Of a stretch of DNA of 64,000 nucleotides, positions 19,626-29,300 are shown piece by piece. Below the pieces are notes generated by a model. That model saw nothing but the letters and a program-made list of their open reading frames with translations, did no database searches and was not told where the DNA came from. Within the stretch, counting starts at the first letter, position 1, and every line of letters starts with the position of its first letter. A program made the translations under genes and the position numbers. This DNA is from Polyangiaceae bacterium (GTDB lineage Bacteria; Myxococcota_A; Polyangia; Polyangiales; Polyangiaceae): the NCBI GenBank assembly GCA_044376115.1, contig JBILLK010000023.1:96001-160000 (forward strand), written 5' to 3'.

Positions 19626-20924
19626 TCAGCCGGCCCGCTCAGCGGGTGGCTTGTCGAGTTCGAAGGCGTCATGCAAAGCGTTCACTGCGAGCTCGGTGTA
19701 CTTGGTCGCGACCAAGCAGGAGACGCGGATCTCGCTGGTCGAGATCGCCTGAATGTTGATGCCGTGATCCGCCAGCGTGCGGAACATCTTGGCGGCGACT
19801 CCCGCGTGCGAACGCATGCCCAAACCCACGATGCTGATCTTGGCGATGTCCTCGTCGAAGCGAACCGACTCAGCGCCGACCTTCTTGGCGATGGCGTCAA
19901 TCACGTCTCGCACCCGCGTGAGATCCGTCTTGCCCGCCGTGAAGGTAACGTCGGTGGAGAGCGAGGCTGCGCCGCTGCGATCCGCGACCGACACGTTCTG
20001 AATGATCATGTCGACCGAGACGTTGTGCTCCGCGAGCTTGCCGAAGATATCGGCGACCACACCCGGTTGATCGCGCACGCCCACCAACATGACGCGCGCT
20101 TCATTCTTGTCGTAGGCAATGCCCGTGACCACGACCTCTTCCAAATCCGACTCCCCCGTGACCACGGTGCCCGGCGAGGACGAGAAAGAGCTTCGGACAT
20201 GCACCGGCACACCATGTTTCATAGCCATCTCCACACTTCGAATCTGAAGGACTTTGGCGCCGAGCGACGCGAGCTCGAGCATTTCTTCGTGACTGATCTT
20301 GTCGATCTTGCGCGCCTTGCTGCATACGTTCGGATCGGTCGTGTAAACGCCGTCCACGTCGGTGAAGATCTCGCACACGCTCGCCGACAAGGCTGCCGCC
20401 ACGGCGACGGCGCTGGTGTCGCTGCCGCCGCGACCGAGCGTGGTGATGTTGCCGTCTTCATCCACGCCTTGGAACCCGGCGACGACAGCGATCTCCCCGG
20501 CGTCGAGCGACTGAAAGACGCGCGCGCCGTCGATCGTCCGAATACGCGCTTTGGTGAAGGAGTTGTCGGTGAGGATCTTGAGCTGGTGCCCGAGGTAGCT
20601 GCGCGCGCGCCCGCCTTGCGACTGAATGGCCATGGCCATCAGCGCGCTCGCGACCTGCTCCCCAGTGGCCGACAAAGCGTCGAGCTCGCGAGCATCGGGG
20701 ATCGGCGTCACGTCACGGGCCAGGCGCAACAAGCGGTCTGTCTCCCCGGACATCGCGCTCACGATCACCACCACGCGGTTGCCCTCGGCCTGTGCCGCGA
20801 GCGCCCGACCGGCGGCCGAACGGATGCGCTCCACGGTGCCCATCGAGGTGCCACCAAACTTCTGAACGACGATTGACTCGGAGCTGGTCACTTCGCGTGC
20901 AGCATGCCTCGTCCTCAGGCTCAA
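19626..20924 (-). CDS. lysC: Aspartate kinase
   Basis: VQKFGGTS, VAGFQG, TLGRGGSDTSA, TDVDGVYTTDP, two ACT domains. True start may be GTG 20891. Confidence 0.95.
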   Translation of the reverse strand: MSLRTRHAAREVTSSESIVVQKFGGTSMGTVERIRSAAGRALAAQAEGNRVVVIVSAMSGETDRLLRLARDVTPIPDARELDALSATGEQVASALMAMAIQSQGGRARSYLGHQLKILTDNSFTKARIRTIDGARVFQSLDAGEIAVVAGFQGVDEDGNITTLGRGGSDTSAVAVAAALSASVCEIFTDVDGVYTTDPNVCSKARKIDKISHEEMLELASLGAKVLQIRSVEMAMKHGVPVHVRSSFSSSPGTVVTGESDLEEVVVTGIAYDKNEARVMLVGVRDQPGVVADIFGKLAEHNVSVDMIIQNVSVADRSGAASLSTDVTFTAGKTDLTRVRDVIDAIAKKVGAESVRFDEDIAKISIVGLGMRSHAGVAAKMFRTLADHGINIQAISTSEIRVSCLVATKYTELAVNALHDAFELDKPPAERAG

Positions 20925-20974
20925 TTACAAGCCCGCCTTGTCAGCTGCCGTGAGCGCGGCGATAGTTCGCCGCG

Positions 20975-21892
20975 ATGGACCATGCTCGCGGCACGACCGG
21001 CAACCCGCTCGATGATTTCGTAGGGCGCTGCGGCTTCGACCAACTGTGGGCGCAAGGCCGCGATGGCACCCGCATTCGAGTCGTGCGCGCCGGAGCAGGC
21101 AATCGCAAACGCGTGCTCTGCCTGCACGGCTTTCCGCAAAACGCAGCCGCGTGGCGCAAGCTCGGCGTGTTGCTCGCCGATTCCTTCGAGGTGCTGATGC
21201 CCGACCTGCGCGGCTTCGGTCGTTCGGACCACGCGGTGAGCGGCGCGTACGATCTCGATACGCTGGCCGATGACGTCGAGCGCGTTGCGCTCGCAACCGA
21301 CCACGGCCGCGAGCCCCAGCTGACCTTGGTCGCGCATGATTGGGGCGGACCGATCGCTTGGCGATTTCTCGAGCAGCACCCAGCGCGCGTTTCCCACTTC
21401 GTCTGCGTCAACGGGCCCCACGCGAAGGTCTACGCCAAAGAGCTGCGCGACAACCCTGAGCAACGGCGGGGCGCGTGGTACACCGCGCTTTTCCAGATAC
21501 CCAAGATTGAGCATCTTTTGGCGGCCGGAGGCGCGCAAGCCCTGGTCAACGTGCTGCTCAAGAGCTCCAACGTAGGCACCTTCAGCGAAGAAGACCTGGT
21601 GCTCTACATCGAGCCGCTGTCCAACCCCGAGCGGCTGCGCGCGGCGCTCTCCTACTACCGAGCCGGCGCGCGCGCCCTGTTCAGCGCCATCGCCACCGAA
21701 GCCACGCCGCTTCAAACCCCGACCACGCTGCTTTGGGGAGAGCAGGATCAAGCTTTACGCTTTTCGATCTGCGAGCGCATCGTGCGCGAGGTCGTCCCGC
21801 ACGCAACGGTGCGTCGACTACCGAACGGAACGCATTGGGTCCCCGACGAAAGCCCCGAGGAGATCGCCGCGATCGTTCGGGCGCACGGCTGA
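20975..21892 (+). CDS. Alpha/beta hydrolase, epoxide-hydrolase-like
   Basis: LHGFPQ, DLRGFGRS, AHDWGG, WGEQD, HWV. Confidence 0.9.
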   Translation: MDHARGTTGNPLDDFVGRCGFDQLWAQGRDGTRIRVVRAGAGNRKRVLCLHGFPQNAAAWRKLGVLLADSFEVLMPDLRGFGRSDHAVSGAYDLDTLADDVERVALATDHGREPQLTLVAHDWGGPIAWRFLEQHPARVSHFVCVNGPHAKVYAKELRDNPEQRRGAWYTALFQIPKIEHLLAAGGAQALVNVLLKSSNVGTFSEEDLVLYIEPLSNPERLRAALSYYRAGARALFSAIATEATPLQTPTTLLWGEQDQALRFSICERIVREVVPHATVRRLPNGTHWVPDESPEEIAAIVRAHG

Positions 21893-21909
21893 CAGTGCGC
21901 ACCTCGGTC

Positions 21910-23121
21910 TCAGTGGATCAGCGGGTGCTGCCTTATCACCCAAGCTTGCTCCTCGGAGATGAGCGTGCTGCCTGAGAGCGTCACGTTGTAGAACATCAAG
22001 TAGTCGTCGGAGTTGGCCTCGTCGGTGTCGGGAATGTTGTCGAAGATGCCGGGGATCGGCTCGGCGGTGTGGAACAGCCCCAAGAAGTGCCCCGCCTCGT
22101 GCGCGCCAACCAGGGCCCAGTCCTCCGGATACTCGTCTTTCGCCCAGGTCGCGATCAGCACACCGTCCTTGGTTGCGAACGGTAAGCCAGGCGTTCCGTT
22201 CGACAGCCCCGCAAGCGAAGCCCCGACATCGACCTCCCCCACCTTGCAGGCGAAGGCGTCGACGAACACCAGATGAAGCGCCCCTGGTGCCGGTGCGACG
22301 CTATCAAAGACCTCGCTCACTTGGCCGGTGAGACACGCGCTGCCGAGTTCGATCGGGGTCTGCAGCTGACTCGCGTTATCGCGGTACTCCACGTTACCCA
22401 GCGCAATGCCTGCATCGGCGAGAGACGCTGCGAGCTTCTCGCGAAGCCGTGCCAACGCTGGGTCGGTGGGAGCGCTCGCCGCCTCGAGGTTGCTCGAGGC
22501 ATCGAAGGTCATCACCACGTCGAGCACGCCTTGCGCCGGAGGGGCGACGTTGCGTTTGACGACACCGACGCGCAGCTTGCCTTCGAGCGGGACCGGCAAA
22601 AGCCGACCAACGCTATCGAGCTCGAGACGCACGCTCGTCATACGGAAACTGTACGTCCCGCGCTTCAACGCAATCGCGGGTGTGTTCGGTACCAGCGAGG
22701 CGTTTGCGCGGGGTCGACCGAGCGATCGATTGGGCGACATCGCAGGCCCAGGAAACCCCGCGAAGTAGTTCGCGGTGCGCAGGTCGACCTCGCGCTCTGG
22801 CTCCACGAGCAAGGCACCTTCGGGGTCTACCACCGCGAGCGTTTGAACGAAGCTGCCTTCACTGCCAACGCCCACGATGAAGAAGCTCTGCGTCTCTTCG
22901 CCTACCTCGAAGGAGAGGTCGGGGGTCTCGCCCTCCGCTAGCTCAACCTCCCCAAAGTCGATGAGTTCGAAGCCTGCGGGGAGGTCGGCCGGAAAGCGCC
23001 CAGCGACCTCGAGCGGCGCTGAAACCTCTTCGCAGTTCGACTCCAACTCACACTCCTCATCCGCTCTGCACGCAGCGTGAAGGGCGATCGCTGCGACCAA
23101 AGCCACGTTGCACCAGCGCAT
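21910..23121 (-). CDS. Metzincin-type zinc metalloprotease lipoprotein
   Basis: Lipobox HAAC; HEAGHFLGLFH followed by a Met-turn (YLMF). Confidence 0.8.
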   Translation of the reverse strand: MRWCNVALVAAIALHAACRADEECELESNCEEVSAPLEVAGRFPADLPAGFELIDFGEVELAEGETPDLSFEVGEETQSFFIVGVGSEGSFVQTLAVVDPEGALLVEPEREVDLRTANYFAGFPGPAMSPNRSLGRPRANASLVPNTPAIALKRGTYSFRMTSVRLELDSVGRLLPVPLEGKLRVGVVKRNVAPPAQGVLDVVMTFDASSNLEAASAPTDPALARLREKLAASLADAGIALGNVEYRDNASQLQTPIELGSACLTGQVSEVFDSVAPAPGALHLVFVDAFACKVGEVDVGASLAGLSNGTPGLPFATKDGVLIATWAKDEYPEDWALVGAHEAGHFLGLFHTAEPIPGIFDNIPDTDEANSDDYLMFYNVTLSGSTLISEEQAWVIRQHPLIH

Positions 23122-23262
23122 CCTTCTCTCCTGGCCGCAACGCTAGCGAGCTACAAAAGGCCGCTCAACCCCGCGCCGGTCCCTCATCAAGGGCTTTGAT
23201 TTGCGGCCAATGAGCAATATCCAGGAATGTCGACTCCGCTGCCGGGTCGAATCCGTGCTCCA

Positions 23263-25152
23263 TCAGCTAGCCTTGGGCGCCGCCGGCAACAGCTGACGCA
23301 AACGAAAGGCCATTGCGTGGTTGCGCCGCTCGGCCTCGACCAGCTTGTCGGTGGCCTTCCCGACCAAGACGAAGATGGCGAAGGGCTGCGCCGCAGTGAC
23401 CAGCGTCATCACCAGGAGCGTTGCGATGGGTGGGTCAAACTCGAGCAGCTCCGAGCGCACGATCAAGGCGCCCTGTTGAAACGAGTACGGGTTGTGCGTC
23501 ACGCCGGTGAGCGCGAGCAGCATCGGTACCACCACCGAGGCGACCGACAGCCCGAGCAGGAGCCACTTGGTCTCGCGGGTGGCGCGCAAACTGACGAGGA
23601 AGGACGCGGCTAGAACCGCTGCCCAGCCGGGGATCGCGATCAGCGGCCCAGCGAAGGCGCTGGTCATCCCCAACAAGGTGAAGTTTGCGACAATCGCGAT
23701 GCGCATGAAGCGCGGCTGTACATTGCCAGTCGCAAACATCCAGCCGCCGTATACAAACAAGGAGCTCACGCCCAAAACTGCGGCGAGGGTGAGCGCCGTG
23801 TTCTTCGTCCCCCAGAACAGGAAGAACATCATGATGAAGAGCCAGACAGCATACCCAGCAACGGCGAACTTGCTGTTCTCGCGGCGATCCGCGAGCGCAA
23901 CCTGCTTGAGCTCCTGCAACGCCTCCGGCGGCAAAGCGTTGCTATCGGAGAAGACCAGCTCCGACACCAAGCGCAGCGCCTTTTCGTTGGTCGGATCCAG
24001 AGCCAGCGCACGCCCTAACGCCTGCATGCCGCGCTCACGCTGCTCGGAACCACCGCCCTCGGCGACGGCCGTGAGCAGCTTTGTGGCGTTGACGAGGTGC
24101 TCTTCCGCCGAGCGCTTGCGTAGCTCCGCGTCCCGCTCGCCATCCAGAAACTCCTCCAGTTGGCGCGAAAACTCGCGCGCCGAGTTGAAGCGTTCCTTGC
24201 TGCTGGCCGCGGTTGCACGTCGGCAAATTGCGTCGAGCTCCGGTGGCACCTCGAGCTGGGGAAAGCGCGCGAGCGGCTGCGCGACCGGATTGGCCAGCGT
24301 GGAAAGCAAGAGGCTCTGCGCCGTTGCACCTTCATGCGCCATTGCGCCGGTGAGGATCTCGAACAAGATGCAGCCGAGCGCGTAAACATCGGAGGCCGGC
24401 CCGACCTCGCCGACCTCGCCGCGCACTTGCTCAGGCGACATGTAGCCGGGCGTGCCGATCAAAGCGCCGGCTTGCGTAGCGTGCGCCATGTCCGAAGCGA
24501 CGGCCTCCACGGGCTCGGCCGACTCCGCGCCGAGCTTGGCCACCCCCCAATCGAGTACGTACACCTCGCCGAACTCCCCGAGCATGATGTTCTCGGGCTT
24601 GAGGTCGCGGTGCACCACGCCGCGCGCATGCGCGAAGGCAACGGCCTGGCTCGCTTGTGAAAGCAACGCCACCAACTTGCGTTGACTCAGCTCTTCGCCG
24701 CGCGGCTGCCAGGACGGCTTGACCCCAGCGTCGATCAGCTCGTCGAGCGCGTCTCGCAGCGTTTTGCCGCCGATCCGCTTCATCGTAAAGTACGGCTGGC
24801 CATCAGCGTTCGCCGCCAGATCGTAAACCGGCACGATGCTCGGATGCTCGAGTTGGCCCTGCAAACGCGCCTCACGCAGGAAGCGCGTGTGGCCCTCAGT
24901 ACCATCGCTCACGCGCACCTTCATCACCTTCATCGCCACTTCACGGCCCAGGAAGGCGTCCTGACAAAGGTGAACCTCTCCCATGCCGCCGGCTCCGAGC
25001 AGCTTGCGTGGCGTGTAACGAGTTCCAGCCAACGCCGCAGGCTCGGCATCGATCGCCCCACGTGCTGACTCGAAGAACGCGGGGAGCGTCTCCGAGGTGC
25101 CGAGAGGGATGGTCGGATGTTCCGCATCCGGGGGCCGCGCGCTGTCTCTCAT
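23263..25152 (-). CDS. Hanks-type Ser/Thr protein kinase with a C-terminal polytopic membrane domain
   Basis: LGAGGMGEV, VAMK, HRDLKPEN, DWG, GTPGYMSPE, DVYALG; about 6 C-terminal hydrophobic helices. Confidence 0.92.
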   Translation of the reverse strand: MRDSARPPDAEHPTIPLGTSETLPAFFESARGAIDAEPAALAGTRYTPRKLLGAGGMGEVHLCQDAFLGREVAMKVMKVRVSDGTEGHTRFLREARLQGQLEHPSIVPVYDLAANADGQPYFTMKRIGGKTLRDALDELIDAGVKPSWQPRGEELSQRKLVALLSQASQAVAFAHARGVVHRDLKPENIMLGEFGEVYVLDWGVAKLGAESAEPVEAVASDMAHATQAGALIGTPGYMSPEQVRGEVGEVGPASDVYALGCILFEILTGAMAHEGATAQSLLLSTLANPVAQPLARFPQLEVPPELDAICRRATAASSKERFNSAREFSRQLEEFLDGERDAELRKRSAEEHLVNATKLLTAVAEGGGSEQRERGMQALGRALALDPTNEKALRLVSELVFSDSNALPPEALQELKQVALADRRENSKFAVAGYAVWLFIMMFFLFWGTKNTALTLAAVLGVSSLFVYGGWMFATGNVQPRFMRIAIVANFTLLGMTSAFAGPLIAIPGWAAVLAASFLVSLRATRETKWLLLGLSVASVVVPMLLALTGVTHNPYSFQQGALIVRSELLEFDPPIATLLVMTLVTAAQPFAIFVLVGKATDKLVEAERRNHAMAFRLRQLLPAAPKAS

Positions 25153-25294
25153 GGGGCCATCCTAGACCGGAGTGAGCCTCGCCCAACGCTGTCAGCAAAA
25201 CAGATTTGCTCGTTACTTGACCGACGCAAACTCGACGGTTTCGTCAAGGGCGCGAGAAATACACGGGAATAGAAGGCTGTTTTCGTCGTTTTGG

Positions 25295-25330
25295 GGGACC
25301 GGTTGACAGCGATCGGTCCCGAATTAGGAT
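25295..25330 (+). promoter_or_regulatory. Putative sigma70 promoter of the ABC operon, with the -35 box inside an inverted repeat
   Basis: TTGACA (25303-25308), 16 nt, TAGGAT (25325-25330); GGGACCG/CGGTCCC arms at 25295-25301 and 25314-25320. Confidence 0.55.
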
Positions 25331-25409
25331 GCCGCCCGCTCAGCCCCCACACACACACAGCTTACGGGGGAGCCCTCGCGGAACAGAACCGCGAACGACG
25401 GAGGATGCT

Positions 25410-26681
25410 TTGGCGAACGACGTGATGATCGAGGTGAAAAACCTCAGCAAGATGTACGGGGGCTTCCGCGCACTGGACCGCGTTAGCTTCCAAGTCCGTC
25501 GCGGAGAGGTCGTTGGGTTCCTGGGCCCGAACGGCGCCGGCAAGTCGACGACGATGCGAATCTTGACCTGCTTCCTGTCGGCTAGCGACGGAGTGGCTCG
25601 AGTTCACGGCATCGACGTGTTCGACAACCCGCTGGAGGTCAGGCGCAAGCTTGGTTACCTCCCGCAACGGGCGCCGCTCTACGGCGAGATGCGCGTTTGG
25701 GACTACCTGCGTTTCTGCGCAGATATGCGCGGACTTTCCGAGTCCACCTTCAAGTCGCGGATGAAGCGCGTGGTGGAGGTTTGCGGTCTAGCGAAGGTGC
25801 TCGGGAAAGACATTCGCACGCTCTCCCACGGCTATCGGCAACGCGTCGGCCTCGGTCAGGCGCTGGTGCACGAGCCGCCGATCCTCATCCTCGACGAGCC
25901 CACGAGCGATCTCGATCCGAACGAAAAGGCCGAGGTCATTCGCTACATCCAAGAGATCGGCAAGAACCACACGGTGCTGCTCTCGACCCACAACCTGAAT
26001 GAGGTCGAGGCCGCCTGCGCCCGCGCCATCATCGTGTCGAAGGGTCGCGTGGTTGCAGACGGGCCGCTCGACGAAATTCGCGCCAAGAGCGGCGTTGGCC
26101 GCTACGTAATCACGGTCGAGGAGAAGCGCGCTCGCGAAGGCTTCAAAGCCCCCACGGCGCAAGAGGCTCACGAGGCCCTGCGCGCCATCAAGGGCGTGAC
26201 CGGCGTTCAAGAGCTCCCCACCGACGACCGCGCGCACGCCTTCCAGTTGAACGCGCCGCACGGGGTGGACCTGCGCGCCGACCTGTTCCAGCTGATCCTG
26301 CAAAAGGGCTGGATGCTGCTCGAGATGCGCCGTGAGTCGCAGACCCTCGAGGACGTCTTCAAGGCCCTCACGCGCGGCGACGAGCGTGCGGACCGAGGCC
26401 TCGCCGCCCTTGTCGGGGAGTCCTTCTCCCCCGACGAAGATGAGGATGATGAGGACGAAGACGAGGACGAGGACGAAGACGAGCAGGAAGACGAGAAGCC
26501 GGCCGCCAAAGCCAAGGCACCGTTGAAGCCCGCTCCGAAGAAGGAAGAGCCGAAGAAGGCCCCGCCGAAAGCTGAAGAGGAAGACGACGAGGACGAAGAA
26601 GACGACGAGGACGAAGAAGACGACGAGGACGAGGACGAAGAAGAAGAGAAGCCGGCCGCCAAAAAGGGAGCAAAGAAATGA
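25410..26681 (+). CDS. ABC transporter ATP-binding protein (GldA-like) with a long acidic tail
   Basis: GPNGAGKS, LSHGYRQR, ILDEPT, STH; GGAGGA RBS before TTG 25410. Confidence 0.92.
   Translation: MANDVMIEVKNLSKMYGGFRALDRVSFQVRRGEVVGFLGPNGAGKSTTMRILTCFLSASDGVARVHGIDVFDNPLEVRRKLGYLPQRAPLYGEMRVWDYLRFCADMRGLSESTFKSRMKRVVEVCGLAKVLGKDIRTLSHGYRQRVGLGQALVHEPPILILDEPTSDLDPNEKAEVIRYIQEIGKNHTVLLSTHNLNEVEAACARAIIVSKGRVVADGPLDEIRAKSGVGRYVITVEEKRAREGFKAPTAQEAHEALRAIKGVTGVQELPTDDRAHAFQLNAPHGVDLRADLFQLILQKGWMLLEMRRESQTLEDVFKALTRGDERADRGLAALVGESFSPDEDEDDEDEDEDEDEDEQEDEKPAAKAKAPLKPAPKKEEPKKAPPKAEEEDDEDEEDDEDEEDDEDEDEEEEKPAAKKGAKK
26580..26633 (+). repeat. 18-bp coding tandem repeat x3 (EDDEDE)
   Basis: GAAGACGACGAGGACGAA x3, last copy with one mismatch. 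Confidence 0.85.
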
Positions 26682-27412
26682 GCGCCACTCTCACCATCGC
26701 CAAACGTGAATTGCGGGCGAACTTCGACACCGCCGTTCCCTACGTCGTGCTTTGCCTCGGCTTGCCGCTCTTGGCGCTGCTCTTCTTCCGCTCGTCGAAC
26801 GGCTTTTGGCAGGCGAACCGAGCGAGCCTCGAGTCGCTGATCCTTTACGTCTCGCGTGGTGTCGCCGTGATGGCCAGCGTGCTGACCATGAGGGTCATGG
26901 CGGAAGAGCGTCGCAGCGGCACGCTCGAGATGCTGATCACCCTGCCGGTGAAGGACCACCAAGTGATCCTCGGCAAGTTCCTCGGCACCTGGGCGGTCGT
27001 TCTGCTCGGCGTCGCTGGGACGCTGCTGTTTCCGCTGATGATGTTCGGTTGGCCGTGGAAGCTCGGCCCGCTCGACTGGGGTCCGCTCTGGGTTGGTTAC
27101 TTGGGCATCGTGCTTTCGAGCGCTGCCACGGTGGCGGTCGGCATGCTGATTTCCTCGCTCACCGAGAGTCAGGTCATCGCCTTCTTCGTCACCTTCGCGG
27201 TCACGCTGGTGCTCCACCTGAGCGGCATGTTCGTCGACTCGATCGACTACCCGCCGCTGCGCTTGACGCTGGCCTTCGTCAGCTTCGACGCACGCATCGC
27301 CACCTTGGCTCGCGGGCTCGTGACTACGCGAGACCTTCTCTACTTCGTTTCAATCGCCGTCATCGCGCTGATGGCCTCCTTTCACGCGCTCGAGCGCCGC
27401 AAGTGGGCGTGA
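26678..27412 (+). CDS. ABC-2 permease (GldF-like)
   Basis: IAKREL, AEERRSGTLEMLITLP, ILGKF, SSLTESQVIA; ATGA overlap. Confidence 0.9.
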   Translation: MSATLTIAKRELRANFDTAVPYVVLCLGLPLLALLFFRSSNGFWQANRASLESLILYVSRGVAVMASVLTMRVMAEERRSGTLEMLITLPVKDHQVILGKFLGTWAVVLLGVAGTLLFPLMMFGWPWKLGPLDWGPLWVGYLGIVLSSAATVAVGMLISSLTESQVIAFFVTFAVTLVLHLSGMFVDSIDYPPLRLTLAFVSFDARIATLARGLVTTRDLLYFVSIAVIALMASFHALERRKWA

Positions 27413-27421
27413 GGTTTTACG

Positions 27422-29278
27422 ATGGAACGCAAAACAACAGCTAAAGTCGCGACCAGCGCCTACCTCCTTTTGGTGGCCGGCATCCTCGTCATCGCCAACA
27501 TCCTTTCGTATAACAGCTACAAGCGCATCGACATGACCGCCGAGCAGCGTTTCACGCTCTCGGAAGGATCAAAGCGGCTCGTGTGTGAGGGTCTGAAGTC
27601 GGACCTGCAGGTGGACGTGTACGTCACCCGCGGCATGGCCAAGACCGACATCTTCGTTCAGGACCTGACCGACCTGCTGACCGAATACGAGCAGGCCAAA
27701 TACAAGAAGGCCGACGGCTCGGAATCCCCGCCCTCCAAGTTCAGGTTCAGCATCATCGAGCCCAAGACCGAGGAAGAGAAGAAGGCCGCCAAAGACGAGG
27801 GCCTTCAGGAACAACTGCTCGGCGAGGACAGCGAGACGCAAGACCAAACCACGGTGGCCGTGGGCTACATGGGCTTCGTCATCAAGTACGGCTCCGAGAA
27901 AGAGGTCATCCCGAGCTGGCCGCCGGATAGCACCAACGGCGTCGAGTTCTTCCTCTCCAACAAGATCCGCGAGGTCCGCGATCGCGCCGACAAGCTCGAG
28001 CGCAAGTTCGGCCTGATCACCGGCAAAGACGAGCTCAAGATCAGCGACAACGCGATCGCCCCAGGCAATCAGCCGTTCAACCTGAAGCAGGTCTTCCAGG
28101 AGTACTTCCCGTTCTATCAATTCGAGGACGTGGACCTGCAGAACGGCGACGCCGAGATCAACAAGGACCTCGTCGGCATCATCGTCACGCAACCGGCGAA
28201 GGACTACACCGAGAAGGAGCTGCGTCGCATCGACGAGTTCCTGATGCTCGGAGACAAGTCCGCCGTCTTCTACGTCAGCGCGGTCAACGTCAAAGCGTCT
28301 GACAAGGACATGAAGGCGACGCTCAACACCTGGGGCCTCGAGAAGTTGTTCGACGGCTACGGCGTGGAGATGAAGCGCGAGGTCGTGCTCGACTTTGCTG
28401 GCGCCTTCCGCCAACCGGCGATGACGCAGAACGGCCAGCAGATTTGGGTCGTCGCGCCCGGCATCACCATGCTGACCGATGATGGCACCTACGAGGGAGA
28501 CGAGGCGCTGATCGACACCAAGTTCTTCTCCTTCTTCCGCATGCGTCAAATCGCCTTCCCGTTCGCCTCTCCGCTGGTGGTCCACAAGGATCGGCAGCCG
28601 GGGGCTGAGCTCCAGGTGGTGGCACGCTCGAACCCGCGCTCGAGCGTGGACGCGAGCGACAACATCTCGCTCAAGTACTCCGACGAGGTGAAGGAGCGCG
28701 CACCGCAAGAGCAGCGCAACTTGGCCGTCGCCGTCACCGGCAAGATCAAGAGCGCCTTCGCCGGCAAAGGTGAAGACCTCGGTGTCAAGGCGAACCCCGA
28801 GTCGCCCACCGACAGCCGCATCCTGATCGTCTCTTCATCGCAGTTCTTGGCCAACCCGTTCGCACGCGCTGGCAACCCTCCCCCGATGCCGCCCCAATTG
28901 CAGATGATGGGGCCGATGGGCGGAGATCGAGAGCTGCAGATGGTGGCGCGTCCCTACCTGGACGTGGCCTTCCGTCCGATGATCTTCTCCTTCAAGAACA
29001 CCCTCGACTGGATGTCGAACGATTCGGATCTAGTGGCTGTCAGCGCCAAGCTGCTCGGCGACCCGACCCTCACCTACTCGGTCAAGAAGCCGCGCGGGGA
29101 AGAGGGCGACACCGAGGAGGCGATGAAGAAGAAGTACGAGGCGTACAAGCAAGAACGCGCCGATCAGCAGAGCCTGGTCTCCTGGGTCCTCACGCTGCTC
29201 CCCGCCGCGCTGATCGCAGCCCTTGGGCTCATCCGCTGGTGGCTGCGTGAGTCCGGCCGAGACTCAGTACGAGTTTGA
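27422..29278 (+). CDS. GldG-family ABC auxiliary protein
   Basis: RIDMTAEQRFTLSEGS, IDEFLMLG, NTLDWM; N- and C-terminal TM helices. Confidence 0.85.
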   Translation: MERKTTAKVATSAYLLLVAGILVIANILSYNSYKRIDMTAEQRFTLSEGSKRLVCEGLKSDLQVDVYVTRGMAKTDIFVQDLTDLLTEYEQAKYKKADGSESPPSKFRFSIIEPKTEEEKKAAKDEGLQEQLLGEDSETQDQTTVAVGYMGFVIKYGSEKEVIPSWPPDSTNGVEFFLSNKIREVRDRADKLERKFGLITGKDELKISDNAIAPGNQPFNLKQVFQEYFPFYQFEDVDLQNGDAEINKDLVGIIVTQPAKDYTEKELRRIDEFLMLGDKSAVFYVSAVNVKASDKDMKATLNTWGLEKLFDGYGVEMKREVVLDFAGAFRQPAMTQNGQQIWVVAPGITMLTDDGTYEGDEALIDTKFFSFFRMRQIAFPFASPLVVHKDRQPGAELQVVARSNPRSSVDASDNISLKYSDEVKERAPQEQRNLAVAVTGKIKSAFAGKGEDLGVKANPESPTDSRILIVSSSQFLANPFARAGNPPPMPPQLQMMGPMGGDRELQMVARPYLDVAFRPMIFSFKNTLDWMSNDSDLVAVSAKLLGDPTLTYSVKKPRGEEGDTEEAMKKKYEAYKQERADQQSLVSWVLTLLPAALIAALGLIRWWLRESGRDSVRV

Positions 29279-29300
29279 ACGAACGTCTGGAGTGAATGAG

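Noticed and set aside
25329..25409. ATG 25329 as the ABC ATPase start
   Set aside because: It lies in the predicted -10 box; TTG 25410 has a GGAGGA RBS.
26430..26660. GAC/GAG/GAA repeats as CRISPR-like
   Set aside because: In-frame acidic tail; no spacers and no cas genes.
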